A stretch of DNA of 64,000 nucleotides, from the NCBI GenBank assembly GCA_950097015.1, contig CATNEN010000024.1, positions 4,278,001 to 4,342,000 of the forward strand, in the 5' to 3' direction. This stretch comes from Macrostomum hystrix. Its lineage: Eukaryota; Animalia; Platyhelminthes. This document shows positions 23,772-34,754 of this stretch, piece by piece. The first letter of the stretch is position 1; each line of letters begins with the position of its first letter. The translations under genes and the position numbers were made by a program. Below the pieces are notes generated by a model. That model was not told the DNA's origin, did no database searches, and worked only from the letters and a program-made list of their open reading frames with translations.

Positions 23772-25822
23772 TGATCGTCATAAATCACACCCCATGTGAA
23801 CTACATCAGGGTCCAGATGCTGGGCATGAACGACTTGTCGGATCTTCTCTTATTAACAATACACCGCCGGATACTGCATGGCTGTGTTTCGGGCTCGTTT
23901 GACTCGCAAGCACCTTCCTCATCCTGTAAAGCACTCTTTTGTTAATTTCCTATGAATTTCGACCATTATTACTTTATGACTACTGGATAAGTACATGCGC
24001 ATTGCAAATCAATAACTTTCAAAGCTTTCAGTTAAAAAAATAAATAAGCTTGCACGACATCTGCAATTATAAGTTTACTTGTACGTATGTACAAGTACAT
24101 ACTCGTGTTTACACTTGAAAAACACAGAATGTTTTTTTTGCATAAACCCGCGGTGTTGCCATTGCACCTACAATGAACCATCCGCCTCGTAATAGACTTT
24201 CCAGGCGGGGGCTGATCAACCTGAACTTTTCAAAAGACCTTAGGAAGTGAAGGGATAATCGTCTGACGTGCATTTCATGCCGTAAATATAATTTTACTGC
24301 ACGATATGATGCAGTAAAATGTAATTTTTCGCTTAATTGAAACATCTTTCTGTCGAAGAAACTCCCTGCTATCTGGTACATGAAGACTGGGTTGTCTGTG
24401 TCGAGCATCTTTAAGGACGTATTATAAATAAGACATCTACAAAATTAGACTCGACATTGTACCGGGTATAAAAGAAATAATTAAAATTGTAGTAGCAAGT
24501 GTACCATCTTAAGCCTAAAAAGCGCTTTCTGTACAACTATATTGATCCTGTAGGTTCAAGAATTTAAATAAAATAACATAGCTGTCAATTCATGAGTTGG
24601 GCTTGCTTCGAGAACTACTTGACAATGAATGTCCCATGCATTCTATTGATATCTTGAGTTTCAGTGGAATTCAGTGATATCAGTGATATGTTGAGTTTCA
24701 TCAACTAACAAAATATTATGGGCTACGTTCAATATTTCTTCTGTGTAAGAATATAACGTGTTTACACTGCACGAAAATAAAAAGCGTTTTGTTAGACTTT
24801 GCAACCATTACGCGATGTATTTAAAAACTGTCGAAAAAATTAATTTATAAATATTGATATTGGGGATTTGCCGTATGAGCGATTTTTTTGAATTAAATGT
24901 AATTTTAATATTTTATATATTTTTATATTTTTATTAAACTATTTATTGTAATTTTAAATTAAAGTTTTTTATAAGCTCTATATCATGCTCTAAAATGTTA
25001 TGCCGTTCTTCTAAAGTTCAGAAATTAAAAAATAGTAACATATTTCATAGCAGAGATTTATATATTTCTTAGCTTCAGCGTACTTCTATTAAGAGAGTAA
25101 AGACTATTTATAATATAAGTGAAGAGTAGGACTGTGACAGCCAATAATCTAGCTATATAATTGACATATAATGGGTAGCTGATATAAAAAATATTGTATA
25201 TTTTCTCTTAGTCTCTTAGGTTAGCATAAAGAAATAATTGTAATTTTGTTGTTGATTTAAAAATAGTATATCAAACCTCTGCCATATGCTTAAAATGAAA
25301 ATAGAATTTGCTTGAAAGTCCATGTGAATCAAAACTACATTAACATAACTGAAAGTAAAAAAATATTTCTTTTTCTTATAGCTTTTCTTACACTTTTTAA
25401 AACTTACACCTTTGTTAATTATAAAGAGTTCCATGTTATGGGTATAGTACAAGTATATTACTTCTTTCTCAGGTGTTAGATTGAATGAATAATATCAGTT
25501 TTTAGTTAACTTTATTCTAAAATATCATAACAAAGGGTTATTAAAATTAGCAATTATTTCTATACTTAGAAAGTCATATTACAAATTTGTGAATTTTTTC
25601 TTGAAATAAGTTTTTTATTGCATACAAATATGAAACACTCTTTACAAAACTCAACACTGTCTACATAAATTCATAAATAATTCCCATCATTACACAAGTC
25701 AAGCCAGTAGGCAGAAGCAGCGGTGATGTCAATTGCCTCCCTGCCACTGGCTGGGGGACGAGGGTGGCCTAACAGCAATAATTGATCCAGTTGAGGCTGC
25801 TATTGGCTAGAATCGCTGTGCA

Positions 25823-28800
25823 ATGCCTGCTGCCAGCCTTGACAAGGCCACCCGCATGTGGACTGTCGCCCTCCTGCTGGGTGCAGTCTGCATCGCCGGC
25901 GGCCCCACCTCAGCTGTCGCATTAATCCTCGGTGTCGCCTGTTTCATCGTCGGCTGCCTGGCTGGCTTCTGCCGGGCCGGCCGACTTGCACCGCCGCCAC
26001 CGCCGAGCAGCCGCCATCCGCAGCAGCACCGCGTAGCCTGCCCATCCAGCCGGGGCCTCCTGACAACTGTCACCGCCGCAGATTCTCATGACAATGCTGA
26101 CAAGGAGGATGGAGCTGCCATCAGTGCAGACGCGCGCATCGATGAACAACTTGACGACCTGCTGAACTGCGTCATGCGAGACTACGTCATCGGCGCCTGG
26201 TACGGCGGCTTGTCCGACTGGCCGGCCGTCCCGGCCAGCCTCCGTCGACTGGCCAGAGGCCTCCTGGCCACAATGTGCGGCCGACTCAGCCGCTCCGACT
26301 GGACCAGCTGGCTGACCCACCGGGCGCCGGATCTGTTCGCCGGCCACGTCAGGCTCTTCAGGCGGAGCTTGCAGAGGCGGCACGGCGACCCGGCTGCTTG
26401 CTTCTTTCGACTCGAGCGCGAAATCGACGGCCGATCACGAGCTGCGCTCTGCCAGAGCCGGCATCGGCTGGCCTGCTATCTCGGGTGCTTGGCCGAGACC
26501 CTGGCCGACCGCTTGCTGTTGACCGCGCCACCGTCTGTCGGACACCGCTGTCACAGGCGACTGTTGGCCGAGTTAGCGTCTGCTGCTATTGTCCGCGGCA
26601 TCGACTGGCTGGCAAACCCGGACAGCGTCAATCAGCTGGTTGTGCGCCTGTGCCGGCCCTGCGATGTTGACAGCCTGTTACAGGTTTGAATGTAAAACTT
26701 GCTGTATTTGAACTATAGCTCTATCGCTGACGGATGAAACTTGTTTTTTCAAAGCGTGAAATCTCACTAAATCTATCTATGTTCCGTGGAATTTCACCTT
26801 GCCTCACCTAACAGTAAAATAGGTGCCAGTATTAGCAGTTAGGAAATTAGGTAGGTGTGCCGGCACCCCAGTCCATGGACTGGGCAGATGTACACAGCGT
26901 TTGGATGCGCCGCGCTTTAGCTGCGGCTTTTCCTTTGGCTGCACATCTGGCCTAACTGGGTGGTGAAGTTCTATTCAGTTTTATTCAAATCCCATCTAGA
27001 TCCCGTTGAATCCCATCTAGATCCCATTGAATCCCATCTAGATCCCATTGAATCCCATCTAGATCCCATTGAATCCCATCTAGATCCCATTGAATCCCAT
27101 CTAGATCCCATTGAATCCCATCTAGATCCCATTGAATCCCATCTAGATCCCATTGAATCCCATCTAGATCCCATTGAATCCCATCTAGATCACATGTACT
27201 ATCCTGTAGATCTAATGTAGTCTCATCTTGCTCCCGTGTACTCTCATCTTGATCCCATGTACTCTCATCTTGATCCCATGTTCTCTCATCTTGATCCCAT
27301 GTACTCTCATCTAGTTCCCATGTACTCTCATCTAGTTCCCATGGAATCTCATCTAGTTCCCATGGAATCTCATCTAGATCCCACCGCTAAAATTGGCCAC
27401 TCGCAGGCTCTTGCCGCTTCTGACGAGCCGGCCGAAGTGGCTGCTTTAGACGGCTTCGCCACAGCCGAGTTAGCTCGCCTTCGCGCCCGCGACTGTGGTG
27501 GCTCTGACGATGACGAGGTGCGCGCTGGCATGGCCAGCCTGGACTTCCTACGGCGTCGCTGCCGCGAGCGGTCCGCCCAGCTTCGCCGGCGCCGCCTGCC
27601 CTTCGACACCGTTATGTCGAACCCAGCGGGCCTGGCCGCCTTCCTCGCCTACCTGGACTCCGTTGGCTACGGTCGCTACCTGGAGTTCTATTTAAATATT
27701 GAAGGCTGGCGCGGAGGCGGCAGCAGCTCCGAGGCCGCCGTCTGCATTCTGGCTGACAAGTTGGAGGGCCGGGCTGCTCAGGTGACTTGAGACGGGTCAG
27801 CTTTTAGGGAGTTCCCCGAATCCACTAACTTAAATAAACTCAAATCCCATCCGCTATCTCGAGTACCAATTCCCCTATCCCAAATCCCCATTTCGCTATC
27901 TCAAATCCCTATTTGGATGTCTCAAATCCCAAAATCTCAAATCCCCATTCCGCTTTCTCAAATCCCTGTTCTACTATCTGAAATTCCTAGTCTCAAATCC
28001 ATTGCTTCAGATGACCTTTCGTTGATCTCTAATCCAGTATCTGAAATCTTTACCAATTTTCAGCGAATCTAAAGCCCCCATTATCCCTGCTGTTTCAGGA
28101 GCTGCGTCAGCTCAACTCCTCGATTGTCAGACGAGCTCAACAGACGCTGCTGACCGCCTCATCATCGAATAGTCATGCAGCGTCAGCCGGCCTTGCCGCA
28201 GTGCTGGAGGAGCTCCGGGCTGAGCTGCTCCGCCTATTGTCGCAGGGTCAATTCTACGGTCAGTTCCAGGCAAGCGAAGAGTACAGGCAGCTCCTCGACT
28301 CGATGGACGAAGCCCCGCCATCGCCTGCACCACCCACTGCTGGGTCAGAGGACGACGGAAGTGGCGTTGAATTAGGCGGCAGTGGCGCTGACAATCTCGC
28401 CGGCGTTGGGGACGGTGGCAGCTTCGAGATCAATGACTCGTCGGAGCTACTGGCTTGCGTCGTTAGACACGAAACGACTAAGGTGAGTAACACCATGTCA
28501 GGTAGCGATATTACAGGGCATTGGGCTTTCTGAACTATTTTAAATCGAAATTACAGATGTGAATATTCACCAGGTGTGAATGGCTGTGTACAGACACCAG
28601 GTGTGAATAGCCGTACAGACACCAGGTGTGAATAGCCGTTACAGACACCAGGTGTGAATAGCCGTACAGACACCACGTGTGAATAGCCGTTACAGACACC
28701 AGGTGTGAATAGCCGTTACAGACACCAGGTGTGAATAGCCGTACAGACGCCAGGTGTGAATAGCCGTTACAGACACCAGGTGTGAATAGCGTACAGACAC

Positions 28801-30140
28801 CAGGTGTGAATAGCCGTACAGACGCCAGGTGTGAATAGCCGTACAGACGCCAGGTGTAAATACAGACACCTGGTGTGAATAGCCGTACAGACGCCAGGTG
28901 TAAATGCAGACACCTGCCGTGAATTGCCAAACGGCCAATCGACTAAATATCGCACTAACTATATTTCACCCCGCCGCAGACGGACACTGAGACCTTCACC
29001 AGCTACGCCATTCGCGTCACCCGCCCGCCTGCAGCGCCTGGCCAACCAGTCATCCAGTGGGAGCTGCTGCGCCGCTATTCGGAGTTCGCCGAGCTACAGT
29101 CCGGCCTGGCCGCCCGCTGGAGCCGACTTGGCCGACTGCAATTCCCGGCCAAGACATCAATGCGCGGCCGGCTTAATCCGAGCCTGGTCGAGCAGCGCCG
29201 CCGCGAACTGGACGCCTTCCTGCGCGCCGTCACCGACGCCTGCGCCGGTGCCAGCACAGCTCACACTAAGGCGGCGCTGCAGTTGCTGCACAAATTTCTG
29301 CAACAACCGGAGGAGCCGCCGCCACCTCCACCGCAGAAGCAGCAGCAGCAGCAACAGTCGTTAGCCAGCAACGCTATTGACAGTCTAATCGATGGAGTTC
29401 GTCGAAGTTTCATGAAGCGTCCTCGCTCCACGCCATCGTTCGGCCTTCTGCTTGACTCTTCCGCCGTTGCCGCTTCTTCGCCGCAATTTGGCGTCGGGGG
29501 GGCTGTCGGCACGTCGTCCAACTCCGGCTCCGACTCGGACGCTGAAGACGACTTGTCGGACGACGGCGCCTGCGTTGTAACGCCGAGCAACCTGCCGCTG
29601 CGGCTTCTCCTCCTGGTGCTAGACGAAGTGTTTGACCTGCGCGACCGAAGCCAGCTGATTCGCAAAGCGGTAGTTTCTACGCTTAGCCGGCTGCTACGCG
29701 CGTTGCTAGGCGACCGAGTCAACCGGCGCATTGTGGACTGGGCCCGCCTGCTCACCGGTCCTGAGAACGTCTCAGACGGCCTTCGCCAGCTGCGGCAGGC
29801 GCTGTTCGATCAACCGCCGGCGCCGCCGCGCCAGCCAGCCGATGCAATGCGGGCGCGCCTTCTCTGCCGCGCGGTGCTGCTGGCCGGAGTACCCGGCGAG
29901 TTGCGCCAGTTGCTAGGCAACGAAGCCGTTAGGCAGGGCGTAGATCGCCTATTTCGAATGCTGCAGTGCGAGGAGCTGAACAGGCGGCTGCTGCTAGTGC
30001 TGCTCGAATCCGCGCTGGCGGCAGCGTTTCCTGAGTGCCGCTTGGAGCTTCTGCTGTCGCGGCTCTGCGCTCGGGCGGAGGCCGAGGAAGCATCAGCTTC
30101 GGCGATGTCGGCGACAACGGATTCTGGTGCCGCTTCTTGA
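25823..30140 (+). CDS. SNX13: Sorting nexin 13 (TM-PXA-RGS-PX-Nexin_C), 926 aa; join(25823..26683,27407..27781,28099..28482,28980..30140)
   Basis: N-terminal hydrophobic segments; PXA (LNCVMRDYVIGAWY); RGS (FDTVMSNPAGLAAFLAYL..EFYLNIEGWR); PX (WELLRRYSEF); Nexin_C (PLRLLLLVLDEVFDL..GDRVNRRIVD..LNRRLL); all introns phase 0 GT-AG. Confidence 0.9.
26845..26915 (+). mobile_element. 3' fragment of SINE family B in SNX13 intron 1
   Basis: gtgtgccggcacc-ccagtccatggactgg-gcagatgtacacagc..gatgcgccg, shared with other copies. Confidence 0.6.
26990..27380. repeat. Minisatellite, 21-bp unit (gaatcccatctagatcccatt grading into gtactctcatcttgatcccat), SNX13 intron 1
   Basis: Tandem copies; produces the (ESHLDPI)n ORFs. 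Confidence 0.92.
28565..28915. repeat. Minisatellite, 25-26-bp unit (cagacaccaggtgtgaatagccgta), SNX13 intron 3
   Basis: About 13 copies. Confidence 0.92.
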
Positions 30141-30394
30141 CAGTGGTAAATGACCGAACCCCTGAAGAACTGGGGCAAGGTGCGAGTTTCCCATTAGGCG
30201 GCTCATTTTGTGTCACCATTACTTGCTAAGACCCAATGGCGCTTGCAATCAATCGCTAGCCTGTCTGTATTTGGTTGCTAAATATTTCGCTTTTCTAGTT
30301 CCTTAATGACGGCTAATATTAAGCGGACAGACAAGTTATAGAAAGCTTGAATAAAGCTGGAAAAAGTTTTATAATTGGATTTCTTAAGTCTAAG

Positions 30395-31190
30395 TGCATA
30401 TCGGGATTTCCCTACTTGCGATTCAAAATGGGATTTTCCAAATCTAAGTTTCAGATCGGGATTTCCCTGATTTGTGTTTCATAATGGGATTTCCCAACTC
30501 TAAGATACATACCGCGATTTTCCTCATTGCGATTCAAAATGGGATTTTCCAAATCTAAGTTTCAGATCGGGATTTCCCTGATTTGTGTTTCATAATGGGA
30601 TTTCCCAACTCTAAAATACATACCGCGATTTTCCTCATTGCGATTCAAAATGGGATTTTCCAAATCTAAGTTTCAGATCGGGATTTCCCTGATTTGTGTT
30701 TCATAATGGGATTTCCCAACTCTAAGATACATACCGCGATTTTCCTCATTGCGATTCAAAATGGGATTTTCCAAATCTAAGTTTCAGATCGGGATTTCCC
30801 TGATTTGTGTTTCATAATGGGATTTCCCAAGTCTAAGATACATATCGGGATTTTCCTCATTGCGATTCAAAATTGGATTTTCCAAATCTAAGTTTCAGAT
30901 CGGGATTTCCCTGATTTGTGTTTCATAATGGGATTTCCCAACTCTAATATACATATCGGGATTTTCCTCATTGCGATTCAAAATGGGATTTTCCAAATCT
31001 AAGTTTCAGATCGGGATTTCCCTGATTTGTGTTTCATAATGGGATTTCCCAAGTCTAAGATACATATCGGGATTTTCCTCATTGCGATTCAAAATTGGAT
31101 TTTCCAAATCTAAGTTTCAGATTGCGATTTCCCTGCTTTGTGTTTCGAAATGGGATTTCCCAAGTCTAAGATGCAGATCGGGATTCCCCT
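30395..31190. repeat. Satellite, 111-bp unit x about 7, built from four 27-28-bp subunits
   Basis: aatctaag at 30441, 30552, 30663; each subunit begins gggattt/gcgattt. Confidence 0.93.
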
Positions 31191-32739
31191 CCTATGTGAT
31201 TCATACTATGATTTACAACTTTAGGTTTCAGGTGGAAATCGCTGATTGGTCGCTTGTTCTATATTTTAGTCACCTTTTGGAATTTTTGTCCGTATTCAAT
31301 ACTAAGTTTAGCATGCTCTCGCAAGTTCTTTGGCAATTAGCAGACATTTGTTTTTATGACTGTGATTTTCACCTCGTATTTGTCCAGTACAGTTTCAGTT
31401 TGTCAAATTTTCTGCGAATCTCTTTTATTTTGCTACGTAGCCCAGTAGTATGAAATTCAGTAATAATTAGTGATAAATTAGTTCTGAAACCAGTATTCGC
31501 AGCTCTCTTATTTTATCACACGTATCTCCTGAGTGTGCAGTCATATTTTGTGTGCCATTTAGCCGGGCGAGTTGCGTCACAATATCACAGTTGGTCGATG
31601 TGCTATCTTTTTATCTCATTCTTTTTCTATTGTTCTATTGTTGTGGCTATTTACACTGTCTATGTAATTTTCCTCTATTGTTAATCATTCTTGGATATAG
31701 CTGAGAAGCTGTAGAGTTTAGTTTATCTATATATACTTTATGTTCTTTCTGGTACAAGTGCAGCGCTTCGAGAAATTCAGTTTTGAATAATTCGATCACA
31801 AATGTTGATTTTTAGATTGTTTTTTTATATTTTTCAATGCCATTAACGTTGATTGATAGATTGATAGATTAGTATATCCATTGCAAATAGCTCATATTTT
31901 GCATTGCAAAATATACTTAGTGTCTTAGTGTCTTAGTGTCTCTGTTTATTTAGGCGGAATTCAAATCTATCAAAGCTATGCATTCAGAAAATCACATTCT
32001 GATACAATTTACAAAAAATACTATTATATAGTTTTATTACGCAAGCCTTTTTTGCGCCGTGTTTTTACTCTTCTATAGCAAGCTGCGTAATCGTCTAGCT
32101 ATTTGTTAAAGCCATTGCCTGCCTCTTCCATTAAGTAAATATATACAGAATATGTTGCTTTTGTGGATTTCTATTGTTTTAGAAAAAACCTGATTTTAAT
32201 GTCAACCGATCTCAATAGTTGTTTAAACTGCCGGAGTAAGCATTGTAATTTTGGCACTAATTTAAAGGCACAACTTCTAGAGGGTGTCAGAACAGTATAT
32301 TTAGGTTTTATTTTGTAAAATTCAAGAACTACGGGTCAGTTTTTTTTAAATGACTTTGAAATAGGGAAATTTATGAGTTTATAATTAATAAAAGTAAGCA
32401 TTAACTTACTACTAATTGTAAGCAGTGCTACTAAGGCGTTGTGCACAAAGAAACAGATTGAACAACGTAAGAGGAAAAAACGTCTGTCGTGTTCGCAAAA
32501 TTCACCTGGCCTCTAACTATAGTGTCGCACTTGTACACTGTCGTTTCTACCTTGATTCGTGTGCGTCGGTTTATATTTGTATTCTCTTCCCCCCAGCTAG
32601 ATGCTGATTGGCTGAGCGAGATGCGATTGCGTCTGTTTTTATTTATACCCCTAGCTATATACTGATTGACTGGCTTGAAAAGTACACTCTTCTACTTCAC
32701 TCCTAGCCCCTGACCCTACTTCCTCATTACTAAAACCGA

Positions 32740-33282
32740 TCAGTCATCGCACGCGCCCCTAGCGCAAGCCTCATTAATGATGTCATGTGCCTGTGCGATA
32801 CCCTGCGAAGCGGCGCTGTGCAGATACCGGCGCACGTCGCCCCGTTTCAGATCGGTCTGGATGCCTTTCAGGTGACCGACGGCCAGGTTGTAGGAGGCGT
32901 GTGGATGGCCCTGCTCGGCGGCTTTCTGGAACCAGCGCATGGCCTCCGGATGGTGCTGCTCGATGCCTTTGCCGTGCAGGTAGCGCTGCCCGATCTGATG
33001 CTGCGCCTCCTTGAAGCCCATGTGGGCGTAGGCCTTGGTCACGTGAAAATGCAGGTGGTCGAAGTAATAATAAGCGTAGTAGGCGAAGCAGGCGGTGCCA
33101 ACTAGTACGGTGATCTCAATGGCCGTCACCCACCACGGGTCCGGCTTCTTGCGCCTGGCCAGGAACACCTTGCCGCCGTAGGGCAGGCTGGGGTCCCAGT
33201 CATCGCCAGGTAACGGCTGGTAGGCCGGCTCACTGCTGGCCTGCTGAGACCTCTGACGCAACTGGCTGCCGCTAGCCGACAT
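32740..33282 (-). CDS. Single-exon TM + SEL1-like-repeat protein, 180 aa from ATG 33282
   Basis: TM segment (AIEITVLVGTACFAYYAYYYF) followed by SEL1 repeats EAQHQIGQRYLHGKGIEQHHPEAMRWFQKAAEQGHPHASYNLAVGHLKG. Confidence 0.88.
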   Translation of the reverse strand: MSASGSQLRQRSQQASSEPAYQPLPGDDWDPSLPYGGKVFLARRKKPDPWWVTAIEITVLVGTACFAYYAYYYFDHLHFHVTKAYAHMGFKEAQHQIGQRYLHGKGIEQHHPEAMRWFQKAAEQGHPHASYNLAVGHLKGIQTDLKRGDVRRYLHSAASQGIAQAHDIINEACARGACDD

Positions 33283-33493
33283 GATCGCTGCCAGATCTGA
33301 GCTTAACTTGTTCACAGTTGTGCCACAGAATAAGTAGATAAGTAGAACTGCCTGGTTGTGTTACTGAGCTTCTACAGGGTGGAGTCAAGTTTATAGATCG
33401 CTCGGCCTTCCACTTCCTGTCTTCTTGTCTCCCGTAGCTGACTGTACACTGTTTCTGGCTTTCTGGCTGTGAGACAGAATTGTTTTGCCTCTT

Positions 33494-33507
33494 GTTGCCA
33501 TGGCAAC
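33494..33507. promoter_or_regulatory. Perfect palindromic RFX X-box GTTGCCATGGCAAC
   Basis: Exact match to the canonical X-box, about 210 bp upstream of the SEL1-repeat gene ATG. Confidence 0.75.
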
Positions 33508-34364
33508 CGACACTTCTCCCTCACTGACTCGCTCTCCCTTCTCTCGGAGGCATGGCAAAGCATTTCTGGGAGAAGAAAAAGCTGCTCTTTCCCTTCCCCT
33601 GCACAGCGGTTGTTTTATCCCCAACTCCGGGCCTGAGGAAACGGGATTTTTTGGAAACAGGAAGAGATGTCGGTATGGATGAACAATGGGCAAGCAGTCT
33701 TCTCTCCTGCTACTGCTCCTGATGCTGCTGCTTATACCATTACAGTAAGGGCCTACATGTACATTCAACTGAATCCGTGTTCCTTCCCTTACTATGCACT
33801 TGTTAGAATTTTTTACACCTGACGAACAGATGAAGCTAATACGGAATCCATCACGTACTGTGCTGAATTGATCAAATCTATGAAAAAAATAAATATAACG
33901 GATAATCTTAAACTACTCTTAAATTTACTGAAAGAAAAGTAAGAAAGACGTTAAAAATAAGTTTCGCATACATTTTCGAAAGTTTATGCTTACTTGGCAG
34001 CAATGAGTTTTACGAACAAAGATAGCTATATTACGAGTATAAATATGTAGAAGATTCGCAAAAAGCATTTTATTTGTATGTGAAAGCAATTAAAAGGCAA
34101 CAAATAGTGTTTAATACAAAACGAAGCATATATACTTGCAACTGTGTGTAATCAGAGAATCTGCGAATTCAAGTTTGGCAGACGTCAAATAAATCATCAA
34201 ATAGTAAATTTATGCGGATTAATTTTATCAATGAGGAAAAAAACTGCAATATTTTGCTATCATTTAAATTGGCATTCATCTAAGAACTATATTAATAAGA
34301 ACTACGGCCACTTAACGCTGAATGCTAAAAATAGCCTGATACTGAAGCACTTTCTCCTTCGCGA

Positions 34365-34575
34365 TGATCACGTGTCATTTGACCTTGAATCCTAAAAATA
34401 GCCCTTCTCCCTCGCGATGAGCATCACGTGCTATTTGACCTTGATTACTAAAAATAGTCCTTTCTCTCTCGCGATGAGCATCACGTGCCATTTGACCTTG
34501 ATTACTAAAAATAGTCCTTTCTCTCTCGCGATGAGCATCACGTGCTATTTGACCTTGATTACTAAAAATAGCCAA
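34365..34575. repeat. Tandem repeat, 56-57-bp unit x about 3.7
   Basis: gaccttga at 34381, 34437, 34494, 34551. Confidence 0.9.
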
Positions 34576-34754
34576 ATGCATTTTCTCCCTCACGATTGCC
34601 TTTTCTCTTGGCACTCGCTATTACTCTTGAATCCAAAAAGCTCTGTACAGAAACGTTTCTCTGTCCCTCTTGATAATAGTTATACGCAAAATGCCTACTA
34701 TACACCTTAGATAAGTTTAGTCAGATTTTTAAGTACAATTGGCATTCGAAGATT

